Shown here: positions 47,350 to 59,758 of the stretch, piece by piece
How positions within the stretch are numbered: the first letter of the stretch is position 1
Layout: each line of letters begins with the position of its first letter
Source: Nemertoderma westbladi
Taxonomy: Eukaryota; Animalia; Xenacoelomorpha
Direction of reading: 5' to 3'
DNA: 64,000 bases
NCBI GenBank assembly: GCA_032718475.1
Contig: JAUCBJ010008854.1
Coordinates: 1-64,000, forward strand
Translations under genes and position numbers: made by a program
Notes under the pieces: generated by a model
The model's input: the letters and a program-made list of their open reading frames with translations, nothing else
Database searches by the model: none
Told to the model about the DNA's origin: nothing

Positions 47350-50300
47350 ACAGCAAGGTGGCTTACCAGAAAGAAATCGAATTCCCTTGCCAGGTAAGTT
47401 TGCAGATTATGCATATTATATTATGTAAAATTAAATGAAAAGTTATCAGTACCCGCAGCATCAGTTAGCTATCAGTTTAGCTTATATAATACCGGTGCTG
47501 TTTACTGTCAAAAAAATATTTTATTACAAATTACAACAGTGAAGCGAGTGCAGAGTGCCACAATAATTTTATTTCGCCGAGAGCCGGATCGCTCAGGATG
47601 CGGCCTACAAGGCGAGACAGTTAGACGCCCTCCAAGCCATTCCCGCCGCATTCGACGCCGCACAGTGGAACATACGGTGTCCCACAAGACGGGGGGGGGG
47701 GAGGGTGGTTAACGGCTCAGCCCTCCGTGGTAGACCACACGGACCTGGACCAGGAGGTGTCTCGGCGGCTCGTCGGTCCAGTGGGAGGTAACTCTGTCCA
47801 CTGGTTACCTGGATAGATGGGGTCGCGAGGTCGGTGGGGTCAGGGCTGATCTTTTGGCGCGAGGAGTCTGGGCCAATCAGAGGGTGGCGTCTTTCGACAT
47901 TGCGGTTGTAATCGCCGACGCCCTCTCTTATTCCAACCGGTCCGTAGACTCCATTCAGGATTTACGGGTTCGCGCCAAGAAGGTCCCTTATAGCAGGTAC
48001 CACCGACGGGGTGTGGTGCAAGGGATCAGAGATCCTGAGCCGCCACCTCGCGGAGACCCTCGTTGCGCGGCGGCAAGGGATGCGGGAACGTGGCCTTGCT
48101 TGCGTTCTCGGGGGAGTTCGGAGGCGTCTTCAGTTCGCGCTCCTCCGCTCCAACTCGCTTTGTTTGCGTCGGTCCTGGAGGTGTCTCGGGTTCGGGGACG
48201 GAGCTGGTCTGCGTGGGTCTGACCTACCAGACAATTACTGATTTGGTGGTGGTATACGTGCTATTTATTGTTGGTGCGATTTTTAATTGTATTTATTGTT
48301 TGTTCTTATCTGTATAATATCATTTAATAAAAATATAATATGTAATATTTATTTTGTTTACAGATTTGTGGCAATGAGTGTGATTACTTCTCACCAAGCA
48401 TCGAATGCGATCGTTGTAAACTATGGACCCATACCGTATGTCTGGAAATGCCAGTCAGTTTAATAAATAGGTGGCAAACAAACCTAAGATTTCTCTGCAA
48501 GGATTGTACACACGTTCGAAATCGATTCGACTTCAAAGGTTCCTTAGAAAGGTACAGTAGGTTAAACTTAAAATAAATATTGCATTAGAAAATGTGCAAG
48601 GATGTCGTCAGAGCTCGAATCAGTGCGTTATAATCAGGGGCATATTGAGGCAAAATTTTATTATTGCCACTTCAAAATAATACTTTAAAATTCCTCAACT
48701 CAACACGCCTAATGTGCGTTATACTGACATATACTGTACATACATTAGTTCAGCTTGCAGCTGGAGTGACTTTATGGAGTAGGGGATAGTCACTACTGTA
48801 TGTATATAAATTGGAAGGTCCATGTTCGTTCGCAAGTAAATCCGGATTTTGTTTTGATTATTTTGTTGGTAAAGTTGGTCATATATCCCTAACATTTTGT
48901 ACCGGTGCAATTGTATTTTTCAACTATATTATTATCGTAGGGTGTTTTACATTAATTGCATTATCATTATATAAATTTATACGTTTTAGGATACATGAAG
49001 TGTACATAAAGACTCGATTAAATAAGGGGGACCTGACTGAGTTGAAGGAATGCGCAGCCTCTGAAGAATTGCTGTTACTTACATACAGAGTCGTCCTCCC
49101 GCCACTCATTAAAGAAACTTTGGTCGATAAGAAAATATACAATAAAGACAACCAAGCAAAGAAAATATTAGAAGAATGTCATCCACACATGCTGAGAGAT
49201 TACACGCCACTGCAAGTGGCTGGTGATGGAAACTGTCTCTATCGCGCTGTATCCTTGGCAGGTTTTAGGTGTGAATCTTATCATGTCCATTTACGCTTGC
49301 TAGTGGCTTTAGAGGTTATATGTCACAGGGAACAATATGATACAGAATGTGAGGTTTACAAAACCACCATTAAGAACAAGTATATAAATGAGCCCGGCTA
49401 TTTGGATCTCGTGAATACTATTGTACGTTACAAAGAATGGAGTGGTTTATTAGTGATGTATGCGCTATCTGCAGTTATTAGTAATCCTATTCTGTCGTAT
49501 ATGCCACCATTCGACCTTGGGACTATGGATTTAACAAGTGCATTTCGAGGTCGAATAGTTGGTAGGGGTGTTCGATCGGTTAAGGAGGCTCATATTATTG
49601 TAATGTGGAGTCAGTGCGGTTCAATGGACACTTCATATTATTCATCTGTCAATCATTTTGCCGTGTTGGCAAAGAAAGGAAGTAGTAAGGTAGTGATAGA
49701 AGTAGAAACATCAACTCCTGCTAGTGACGGAGGAAGTGAAGATCAACTAATGTCGCCTATTCCATATTCTGATGATATATTTTCAGATGCATCAAATGAA
49801 ACACCAATCCCATTTACTCAGGTACGATTTGACAGTCCATTATCTGGTGAAATCCGTTCTTCTTCAAGTGTTATATCTCCAAGCCCAATAATTGTTGAAG
49901 ATTTTATTGTTCAAAAGGAGCAAGACCTTAGAACGGGAGCTTTAGGATGCTTATTTTCCCATTCTGATAAGATATTAGAGTTACTAACATCAACATCCAG
50001 TCTAGACAAGGTACCTAGAGGAAAAAAGGAAAATTGTTACTTTATTGTCAATAATGAAAGAAATGTAGAATTAAGAAACGAAAATAAAAAACCTAGATAT
50101 GAAGATGACTGTGGAGCCTGGGACTCTGCACGCAGTTCTTCAAATTCATATTGGTATGAACTTCACGATGACAATAACAACATAAAGAAGAGACTCTATA
50201 CGAAATCTGGTACATTTTGCACAGAGGTACGGGAGGGTAAGAAAAAAAAATGATATCGATTGACCCTCAACCAATAAGGGTCCTAAAGTTGGGCCGCTAC

Positions 50301-51208
50301 TACTCCAAACTAAAATGTGATAACCGATATCAGAAAAGAATATCTTGGGTAATAGAGGCTCCTTCTAGTTGTGCTATCAAGAGCAATATTGCCGTATGGG
50401 AATATATAGGAGAATTCCCAGGCCTTTCCGTGCATGGAAATTCCTCTATAACTTCCAATAATTATGTGAGGACAACAGAAAACGCATGGGATGCAATGGA
50501 TAAAATAATACCTCTTGCTGCACCTAAGAAAGTGTATTCCGAACTAAGTAAAGGGGAACCAACCGATAAGTTTCCAAGAAACACAAAACAAATAAGAAAC
50601 CGTAAGTACCGATACTTAGAAAGGCAACAACAAGAAGGTTCTACTGATGTTATTCATAGAAGCAACTTTTCTGATCAATTGCAAATTATTTCGTCTATGG
50701 TGCAAGATCATCCGTTTGTGCAACATGTACTGCATTCTAAGAATGAAGTGCCAACAGTGGTACTCTTTACTGATGATCAAATGCGTGATGTTAATAATTA
50801 CTGTTGCACTGGTCGATGTGTCCTGGCGTTCGATAAGACATACAATTTGGGGGATTTGTATGTAACACCTTCAACATTTAAATGTATGTCTGTCATAAAC
50901 ACAGATAGCTTATTTATGGTGTTGTTGAAGTTATGTACCGCGACTTTCAACGTGCGTTATTAGGCCAGGGAAATTATTCCCTCTCAAAAGAAGCTAAACG
51001 GCTAGCCATTTCCCCGGAACAATGGTCCGAGTTGAACGAAGAACAAAGACGAAAGGCCATAGAAAAACTTGCCAGTTTCAAATCTCTGCGAAGGCACCAC
51101 CTTGTAGATTCAACCGATGGGAGACTAAAAACAATGTTTAAAAAGACAGGCCGAAAACCGGGACAAGGCCGACGAAAGAAAACTCGCTCAATGAAATCTA
51201 CGAAATAG
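47350..51208 (+). pseudogene. Spliced PHD finger + vertnin-like OTU + MULE-type transposase gene, frameshifted and internally deleted
   Basis: Exons 47350-47393, 48364-48551 and 48990 onward join in frame (FPCQ|ICGNEC...IECDRCKLWTHTVC...FLCKDC, C4HC3). OTU-like GDGNCLYRAVS...VNHF; YEDDCGAW; VLAFDKTYNLGDLYVT; frame change at A-run 50242-50250; C-terminal RALLGQGNYSL. Start exon not identified. Confidence 0.8.
47580..48245 (+). mobile_element. Degenerate CRE-like (RLE) non-LTR fragment within an intron of the MULE gene
   Basis: RADLLARGVW...ASFDIAV..ADALSY...KK..Y and TDGVW...HLAETL...VRRRLQFALLRSNSLCLR, RLE endonuclease motifs with a frameshift. Confidence 0.7.
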
Positions 51209-51249
51209 TATCATTGTAAACTGCACGATACCCACTCTAATTTTCTGTT

Positions 51250-52365
51250 TATTTTTCATAATGGCAAAATGCCACCAGCCCCTCCCCCAGAGAGACCACT
51301 ATCACCACAATTAGCTTTTCATTTCTTCCGGAGTAATTTTTATATTTTAGAATTACTTACAGTGTATTATGTAGAATGAATTTAATTTAGGAAAAATATT
51401 TTTGAAGACTATCTGTCAACCAATCTTTCTATCGATCAATATATTATTCCACCAACACATCAATCAATAAATCAATATATACTGTATACAGTAGGTACCT
51501 GAACTGTATAAAGAAAAAGAGTAACAAAAAAGTAAAACACATTATCTTATACAATGCTATATTGCGCCTCTGCATTCTCACGGGCTGGGCACCGTTTTTT
51601 GTTTCGGTTGCGCAAATTCAATACATTAAATGCCAACACGAAAACAAAAAGCTGCATTAGCAATAAATTTTAAAGCCAGTTAAGGCAAAGTCTTATGTTA
51701 ACAAATCCAACAGTACAATATGCCGCCTGGCTTATGGGGATACATAAAAGGTTGAATAGTTATGAAGTGGTCATCCTTGGGAGATTGTGTTGCGCAACCA
51801 TTCTTTTCCGGTAACATCCAAGAGAGAAAGGAGCTTCCGTTACTTCTTGTTTCCTTCCTTCACTTTACTTTACGTCATTTAGGTAAATACCAATTACGTC
51901 ACACAATGTGCAGGTGTATGTAAAGTAATAAATTTCGGAATTGTATTGCACTGTACTGTATGTTAGAGTATAGGAACTGATACCGCAGAAAAATACCACC
52001 GACAATAGTCTGACTACCACCGACAAAAACTAATAATAATAGCAACACACCGACATATGAAAAACACTAATGATTTTTACCATTACGCTATGCAATATAA
52101 TAATTCAAAACAAGATAATATATGAAGGCGGTATTATATTTTAAAGAAATTATCATGACTAATTACACCACCGACAACAGGCCGACAGTGGACAATATAC
52201 TTTGTTATAAATATTTTGACTGGAAATAAAAATTGTATAATCATGTACTGAAATAGTTTACTAACATTGCCGAAGCTTTCGGTATACTGTCGGTTTGCGA
52301 TCTTACCTGTCGGTTTGTGTCTTTTGTTGTCGGTGGTATGTCAAATGTGTCGGTGGCGTATTACT
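51250..52365. repeat. ~1.1-kb direct duplicate of the inner part of the MULE right arm (~52955-54100)
   Basis: TTTTTCATAATGGCAAAATGCCACCAGCCCCTCCCC... starts both copies and continues collinearly. Confidence 0.85.
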
Positions 52366-55249
52366 TTGAAGGCAATTTTCTCGGAATGACATTCTTTCAC
52401 GCAAATTTTTTATTAATTTCGTAAGATTTTATAATAATTCGAGTTATTTACAAATTAATTAATAACCGCAGGGGGTAGCCCCCCGTAATTAATATATCAT
52501 ATTTACACAATGCAAGACAATGTAACTGACAGACTTGGTTTGTCATTGTGACATTTTTTGCATTGTATCGAATGTATTTACATACACGTTGTACAACGCA
52601 AAAACGCTGTTAGTACAAAAGACAACCCTGAAGTCAAAATATTAATGGAAAGTGAAAAATAATACGCAGAAAAATTTCCCACCACCAGAAGAAATTAGAT
52701 ATTTACGGACATTTTAAACCAACAATCTGAAGACAAAAGGTAATTTGCGTTTTTCTCTGAGAAATTACTTATTTGACTTACGGTCTTTTTACATTGCACG
52801 GCAGAATTGGTGTTATAATATCTTCACAAGGAAATAAGCAGACAACCAACAGTGATAGAGTTGTCTAAGAGTGTCGGTTTGCCATTTTGTTTGTCGGTTG
52901 GTTGACTACCAAAGGCAACTTTTCACATACACCGATATAAACAAAGTAATTCAATTTTTCATAATGGCAAAATGCCACCAGCCCCTCCCCCAGAGAGACC
53001 ACTATCACCACAATTAGCTTTTCATTTCTTCCGGAGTAATTTTTATATTTTAGAATTACTTACAGTGTATTATGTAGAATGAATTTAATTTAGGAAAAAT
53101 ATTTTTGAAGACTATCTGTCAACCAATCTTTCTATCGATCAATATATTATTCCACCAACACATCAATCAATAAATCAATATATACTGTATACAGTAGGTA
53201 CCTGAACTGTATAAAGAAAAAGAGTAACAAAAAAGTAAAACACATTATCTTATACAATGCTATATTGCGCCTCTGCATTCTCACGGGCTGGGCACCGTTT
53301 TTTGTTTCGGTTGCGCAAATTCCATACATTAAATGCCAACACGAAAACAAAAAGCTGCATTAGCAATAAATTTTAAAGCCAGTTAAGGCAAAGTCTTATG
53401 TTAACAAATCCAACAGTACAATATGCCGCCTGGCTTATGGGGATACAGAAAAGGTTGAATAGTTATGAAGTGGTCATCCTTGGGAGATTGTGTTGGGCAA
53501 CCATTCTTTTCCGGTAACATCCAAGAGAGAAAGGAGCTTCCGTTACTTCTTGTTTCCTTCCTTCACTTTACTTTACGTCATTTAGGTAAATACCAATTAC
53601 GTCACACAATGTGCAGCTGTATGTAAAGTAATAAATTTCGGAATTGTATTGCACTGTACTGTATGTTAGAGTATAGGAACTGATACCGCAGAAAAATACC
53701 ACCGACAATAGTCTGACTACCACCGACAACAGTCTGACTACCACCGACAAAAACTAATAATACTAGCAACACACCAACATATGAAAAACACTAATGATTT
53801 TTACCATTACGCTATGCAATATAATAATTCAAAACAAGATAATATATGAAGGCGGTATTATATTTTAAAGAAATTATCATGACTAATTACACCACCGACA
53901 ACAGGCCGACAGTGGACAATATACTTTGTTATAAATATTTGGACTGGAAATAAAAATTGTATAATCATGTACTGAAATAGTCTACTAACATTGCCGAAGC
54001 TGTCGGTATACTGTCGGTTTGCGATCTTACCTGTCGGTTTGTGTCGGTTTGTGTCTTTTGTTGTCGGTGGTATGCGAAAGGTGTCGGTGGTTGTCGGTGT
54101 AGTATTTAGTCAAATTTTAAAGCCAGTTAAGGCAAAGTCTTATGTTAACAAATCCAACAGTACAATATGCCGCCTGGCTTATGGGGATACAGAAAAGGTT
54201 GAATAGTTATGAAGTGGTCATCCTTGGGAGATTGTGTTGGGCAACCATTCTTTTCCGGTAACATCCAAGAGAGAAGGGAGCTTCCGTTACTTCTTGTTTC
54301 CTTCCTTCACTTTACTTTACGTCATTTAGGTAAATACCAATTACGTCACACAATGTGCAGCTGTATGTAAAGTAATAAATTTCGGCATTGTAGGGGCCTA
54401 TCGCACTGTACTGTATGTCCAAGTTTAAGAACGGATACCGCAGAAATATACCACTGACAACAGTCTGACTACCACCGACAACAGTCTGACTACCACCGAC
54501 AAAAACTAATAATAATAGCAACACACCGACATATGAAAAACACTAACGATTTTTACCATTACGCTATGCAATATAATAATTTAAAACAAGATAATATATG
54601 AAGGCGGTATTATATTTTAAAGAAATTATCATGACTAATTACACCACCGACAACAGGCCGACAGTGGACAATATACTTTGTTATAAATATTTGGACTGGA
54701 AATAAAAATTGTATAATCATGTACTGAAATAGTTTACTAACATTGCCGAAGTTGTCGGTATACTGTCGGTTTGCGATCTTACCTGTCGGTTTGTGTCGGT
54801 TTATGTCTTTTGTTGTCGGTGGTTGTCGGTGGTATGCGAAAGGTGTCGGTGGTTGTCGGTGGCGTATTTAGTCAAACCCGATATTGAAGCTGTACTACAG
54901 TACTTCAGTACTTATAGTGTTAAATAATTGTTCAGATTAGAACATGCACGAAATATAATACTTTATTAAAAAATTAACTCCGGCAATATTTTTACCGGAG
55001 CCGGAGCAGGAGCCGGAGGTGCCAAAATGGCCGGAGCCGGAGCCGGAGGCTGGAGCTCCGATCGAGCCCTAATCAGTAGGCCTATACAATGTAAATCTAA
55101 AATATAATTCCTGAATTCTGTAATTAGGCCTAAATCGATATTTTGATGTTCTAGATGAATTATCTTGAGCTTGACTGTTATCTACAGTACAGTACTGCAG
55201 TACAGTCAGACAGTCTAACATCTAAGGCAGGGAGAGCGCCACACTCAGA

Positions 55250-55502
55250 CACTAAATCCCATGGGTGAACACACCGTCCGTACTGCCTCACTGCCAGACT
55301 GCCGTAAACATTACAGCATTAACCCAGTAACCCTTATCTGCTTATTCTTTACTCCCCCAGGTCCCAGCGCCAGCAGAAGCCAGCGCTCCATACAGCGATA
55401 TCATAAAGTTTGTCATAAACGTTTCGAAATTGTAACTGCCACGGCACGGGATCGAACCCGGGACCCCAGAGTTAGAAGCATAACAAAAGGGCTGCAAATC
55501 CA
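55250..55502 (-). mobile_element. Possible tRNA-derived SINE, interrupted by the MITE at 55503
   Basis: Minus strand reads GGTCCCGGGTTCGATCCCGTGCCGTGGCA (T-arm/B-box, ~55436-55465). No complete cloverleaf. Confidence 0.4.
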
Positions 55503-56613
55503 GGGTCCTACTAAATACTACAAAAAGCACAAAACAAGCACAAAAAAGCACAAAAAAGTCAAGAAAAGCACAAAAAAGCACAAAAAAAGCACAAAAAAGC
55601 ACAAAAAAAGTAAAAAAAAGCACAAAAAAGTAAAAAAAAAGCACAAAAAAACCTTCTCACATCAAGAGAGAGAGAGGGGGGGGGGGGGGGGGGGGCGAAA
55701 ATATGAGAGATATTGTTACAGACACCCCCTTCCCCCCCTGACATATAAGATAAGTACGCATGAACTCCTAAACAACATTGCAAACAATCTGGCAGTTATA
55801 GAAATTTCAAAGTATACAGTAGTTACAACAGCAGTGGTTAAACCCAGGCAGGAACTGTGTTTCCAACAGACGCAGATATCGTAACCAAGGCAGTTCCGAC
55901 CTAAGCTAGATTCTTGCAAGTATGACTATGACTAATATCATCATACTTGTCCTCAGACGTTATCGATCGCCCACTCGAGAGGTTCGGGCAGACCGTGATG
56001 TGATATAATTGTACAGTATGTCGATTTATCGGAGAATAAAGGCATTCCAATAACAGAATAATCGCGATTTCGGTCAACACTGACATATCCAGTTTACAAG
56101 CGCCTATCACCTATGCTGCGTCGCTACATCTCCCACATCGCTACATCCACATCGTTACAAGTAATTAACCAGAACGCTGATAAGTTGACATAATGTGACA
56201 AGACAATAACAAAGTCTATTACAGTATTATAAGTTCTATCCTGATATTTGAATTGAACCATCTTTACATACTGACATTAGCCTGATATTGCACTAGGGTG
56301 CTCGTGGTAGGGCTGTACCTGTAAGTGCTCGTGCTGGTACTCACTCACTGGCAGCTATATGACATGAAAGCATACTGGACGTGGACATGTGATTATCCTT
56401 CCGGTAGCCTAGACACTACTGCACTACATGATATTGCTTCTATCATCTGTTCTATTACAAGCTCAATAAACAGCTATCAGTTTGGTTTTTTGTGCTTTTT
56501 TTTTATTTTTTTGTGCTTTTTTTTTACCTTTTTTGTGCTTTTTTGTGCTTTTCTTGACTTTTTTGTGCTTTTTTGTGCTTGTTTTGTGCTTTTTGTAGTA
56601 TTTAGTAGGACCC
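55503..56613. mobile_element. Non-autonomous Mutator-like MITE with AAAAAAGCAC subrepeats
   Basis: TIR GGGTCCTACTAAATACTACAAAAAGCAC... (>80 bp) and its reverse complement; 9-bp TSD GCAAATCCA (55494-55502, 56614-56622). Confidence 0.92.
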
Positions 56614-57231
56614 GCAAATCCATGCCCGGTCAGCCGGTTAAATTTCCATAGTGTACGCTGTACGGTATTCTCACTCCCACGCCCACCACCCACTGGTGTA
56701 CTTTTTGGTATCGTCTACCAGTCTGCCAGTCGGTGAGAAGTCAAAAATTGGACTTCAAGTCCAATTTTAGACTTAAAGTCCAATTTTGGACTCCAAAGTC
56801 CAATATTGGACTTTAGTACAACTCCAAGTGTACCTACCCATGCTGCCATACTGTATATCGGTATTTAAATCAAAACTGCATCCCGTATCCGTACATATAT
56901 ATTACATAATTACAATGCAACATTATTTTAATGATCAAATTAATTATTATAAGTATTATAAGCAGGGATCGCACACATACAGTCAGACATCAGTAGTTAC
57001 TTTTTGCGGTAGTGGTATGGCTTTGCGGTAGCCTTACTGCCTTAATCTGTTAATGGTGTATACCGCGGTTCGCGGTAGCGGTAGTGGAGTTATAGCTGTA
57101 TAGTTCATTCATACCCATACCTGTGGCTGTGGTATTTTCGTATGGCAAAAATAAGACTATCGTATGGCAAATCTGTAACCTATTATGTTATTGAGTTAAT
57201 GTTTATGTTTATTGACTAATTGTTTTGATTA

Positions 57232-58900
57232 GGTTCACTGTGTCAAGTACAATGCACACATCTCCAACCAGACACTACAGCACTATATAACATTGGAGTT
57301 GGAGGTGTCTCTTGGTTCCCCCAAGCTTGACACTAGAACAAAGCCGCCTCCGCTTTGCAGGACATTGCTATCGCTGTGAGGACCAGCCAGTGCATCCGCA
57401 TCTTTAAGGCCAGTGTCCTTTAAGATGCGTCTCAAGAAAGTCATGGGCTGTCCACCATGCTTATTCACTCCATGAGGCTGCCAAAGTACAAGATTATGCA
57501 CTGGCTGGTCCTCACGGCGAAAGCAATGTCCTTCAAAGCGGAGGCGATTTTGTTCTAGTGTCAAGCTTGGGGGAACCAATGAGACACCTCCAATGTTATA
57601 TAGTGTCTGGTTGGAGATGTGTGCATTGTACTTTGACACAATGAACCCGGCGTAGCATTCTTGTGAATGTGCCATCCAGAGATTTGGTGTCCTCAGCAGT
57701 TAGAGCCCAGCATGGACTCCCGTAGAGGAGTACTGGAACTACTGCTGCTCTAAATAATCGGACCTTAAGTTTCCGATTAATTCTCAGTGACTTCCAAATC
57801 CTGGAAAGCCTATTCAAGGCTGCCCATGCCTTTCCCTTACGTATTCGAAGGTCCTCACCTGACTTCCGGATCCATAATCCCAGGTAACAGAAGTCGTCCA
57901 CATGCTCAAGCATACCATCCTTTGAGCTTATGCTCATCCGATCAGAGACTTGCTGAGGACTTTCAAAGTTAACGGTCAGAATTTTGGTCTTTCTGGAGTT
58001 AATAAAAAGACCAACACTAGAAGCAGCATGTTCTAATGAGCTGAGGAGCCGTTGGGCTCCCTCTAATGATTCTGAGAGTACTCCTAAGTCATCAGCAAAG
58101 TCTAGATCAGTTAGGTATTTGGCAGGATTTCCTCGACTTCTGGAGCCAGTAGGTGGAGTTATCATCACCCCATCATCATTATGATGATCTAAGGACATGC
58201 ATAGAACATAGTCAACCACAATAATGAACAAGAATGGTGCAAGTGTGTCTCCTTGGAGGACGCCCCATAACACTTCAAATGGTTCTGTCTCTGTGTCACC
58301 GTCAACAGTAGACACAAATGTTGTCGAACCATCGTATACTGATCTGATTGCTGCAATAATTTCATCAGGAATCCCATATAATGAAAGTATGCTGAACATA
58401 CGTGAGCGAGAGACTGAATCAAAGGCCTTGAAGAAGTCAACAAAGATAACAGCCAGATGCCTGTCTTTCTTTTTTGATAATTCTTCAATTATCCTTCTAA
58501 GTGCCAAAATGGGCTCCATGATCCCACGACCTTTACGGAACCCATTCTGATTTCCAAGGAGTAGTCTCTCAATGGGATCCCTGATGCGATTTAATAGAAT
58601 CCTATTGTATAGCTTTGCAGCAATCGATATCAATGAGATTCCCCGAAAAGAACCATAGAGCGTTAGGTTGCCCTTCTTGGGAACTGGCACCAACTTATTT
58701 GCTTTCACCTCCTGCGGGACTCCTGCTGCCCGATACACGTCCACCACGATGGGACAGACGAGCCCCAAACACCCAGGCACTCCAAAGACCCCAGGGGGAA
58801 CACCACCCACTCCACCGGCACGACTGGTCCCAACGCCCCCCGCAGCAGCCCTCACCCCTGCAAAGGAGACATCGCCAATGGGAACATCCGGGAACACTTA
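57232..58900 (-). mobile_element. 5'-truncated RTE-type LINE (RT ORF 58897-57596) with an inverted duplicated 3' piece
   Basis: FRGISL, QNGFRKGR, FVDFFKAFDSV, GVLQGDTLAP, LDFADD, INSRKTK, FCYLG, LLYGSPCW. 57232-57395 is a plus-strand copy of ~57497-57648. Confidence 0.92.
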
Positions 58901-59758
58901 CTGTCTTAAAGGACACTAATTGTTGGGGGGTGGTGCAGGAGGTGGACCACCCAGTCTGCCAGTCATGCCAGTGGCCATTTTTGGACAGATTTGTCTCAAA
59001 TTTCACACAGACACTCTCTGACCTATGTGTAACTTCATAGAAAAAAGTTTTAAATTAGGTGATTTTCCGCTTCGAGCAGCACGATTGAAAAGCATGAGTT
59101 TATGGCTTTTTTCTCGAAAAGTAAATTTTTGCCTGTTTTCAAATGTGCACTATTTCCTTAATTTTCCTTCAATTTGCCGGAAAATATACTGACAGACACC
59201 CCAGGTCGTGTATTTAGTGTGGTGTAAATTTTACGGCTGCAGACCCAGCTGTAACTGTGTGTGTGTGTAGTAGTAGGCTTATATCGAAGTCGAACTTAAA
59301 TTAGGCCCTATATTGACAGTTTTGAAATTTATAATATCATGGGGTATCTATCTGCATCTGGGTATGCTATGCTGGTATGTAAGAATATACTGAGGGGGGT
59401 TAAATTTTACTAAAAAATCACCCAGAGTAGTTTATCTCCGGGTTAAAATACCCCAATGAATTCTAACCGGGCTGCCGGGCAGCCGGGGGGTGAAAATACA
59501 CTCAGACACTAGGGAATTTTAACCGCGGGTGAATTTTTAGAGGGGTGGAAATTCTCTGCTACACCGGTACCTCTGTCAGCCTGTAGTCCAGTCCAGTAGT
59601 CTGGTAGTGCATAGTGTAGTCTGTAGTGTAATACTCGTTGTTGCCAGCTGACAGGCAGGCAGGTGGCAGCCAACCAGTGACCAGTGCACACAAAGCTGCA
59701 AAGTGTCTTATAAAGCAAAGCTATCCGGTAACAACTGACCAAGTGAACATACTGAACA

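Larger units (their letters stand above)
44187..54879 (+). mobile_element. Mutator-like (MULE) DNA transposon, 10.7 kb, with very long modular TIRs
   Basis: Termini GGGTTTGACTAAATACGCCACCGAC / GTCGGTGGCGTATTTAGTCAAACCC; 9-bp TSD GATATTGAA (44178-44186, 54880-54888). TIRs ~44187-45830 and ~53120-54879, each with two ~760-bp modules rich in ACCGACA. Confidence 0.92.
43515..55071. mobile_element. hAT-type MITE (~0.86 kb when empty) hosting the nested Mutator-like element
   Basis: 16-bp TIR TAGGGCTCGATCGGAG / CTCCGATCGAGCCCTA; 8-bp TSD ATCAGTAG (43507-43514, 55072-55079); GGAGCC subterminal repeats. Confidence 0.9.

Noticed and set aside
55430-55490. tRNA gene
   Set aside because: Only a T-arm/B-box is recognisable; no full cloverleaf, so treated as SINE-like.
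55261-56693. Lys-rich KKHKK ORFs and Phe-rich antisense ORFs
   Set aside because: Translation of MITE AAAAAAGCAC subrepeats.
56744-56815. Short tandem palindromes GGACTTnAAGTCC
   Set aside because: Likely a remnant of MITE subterminal repeats; no termini or partner found.
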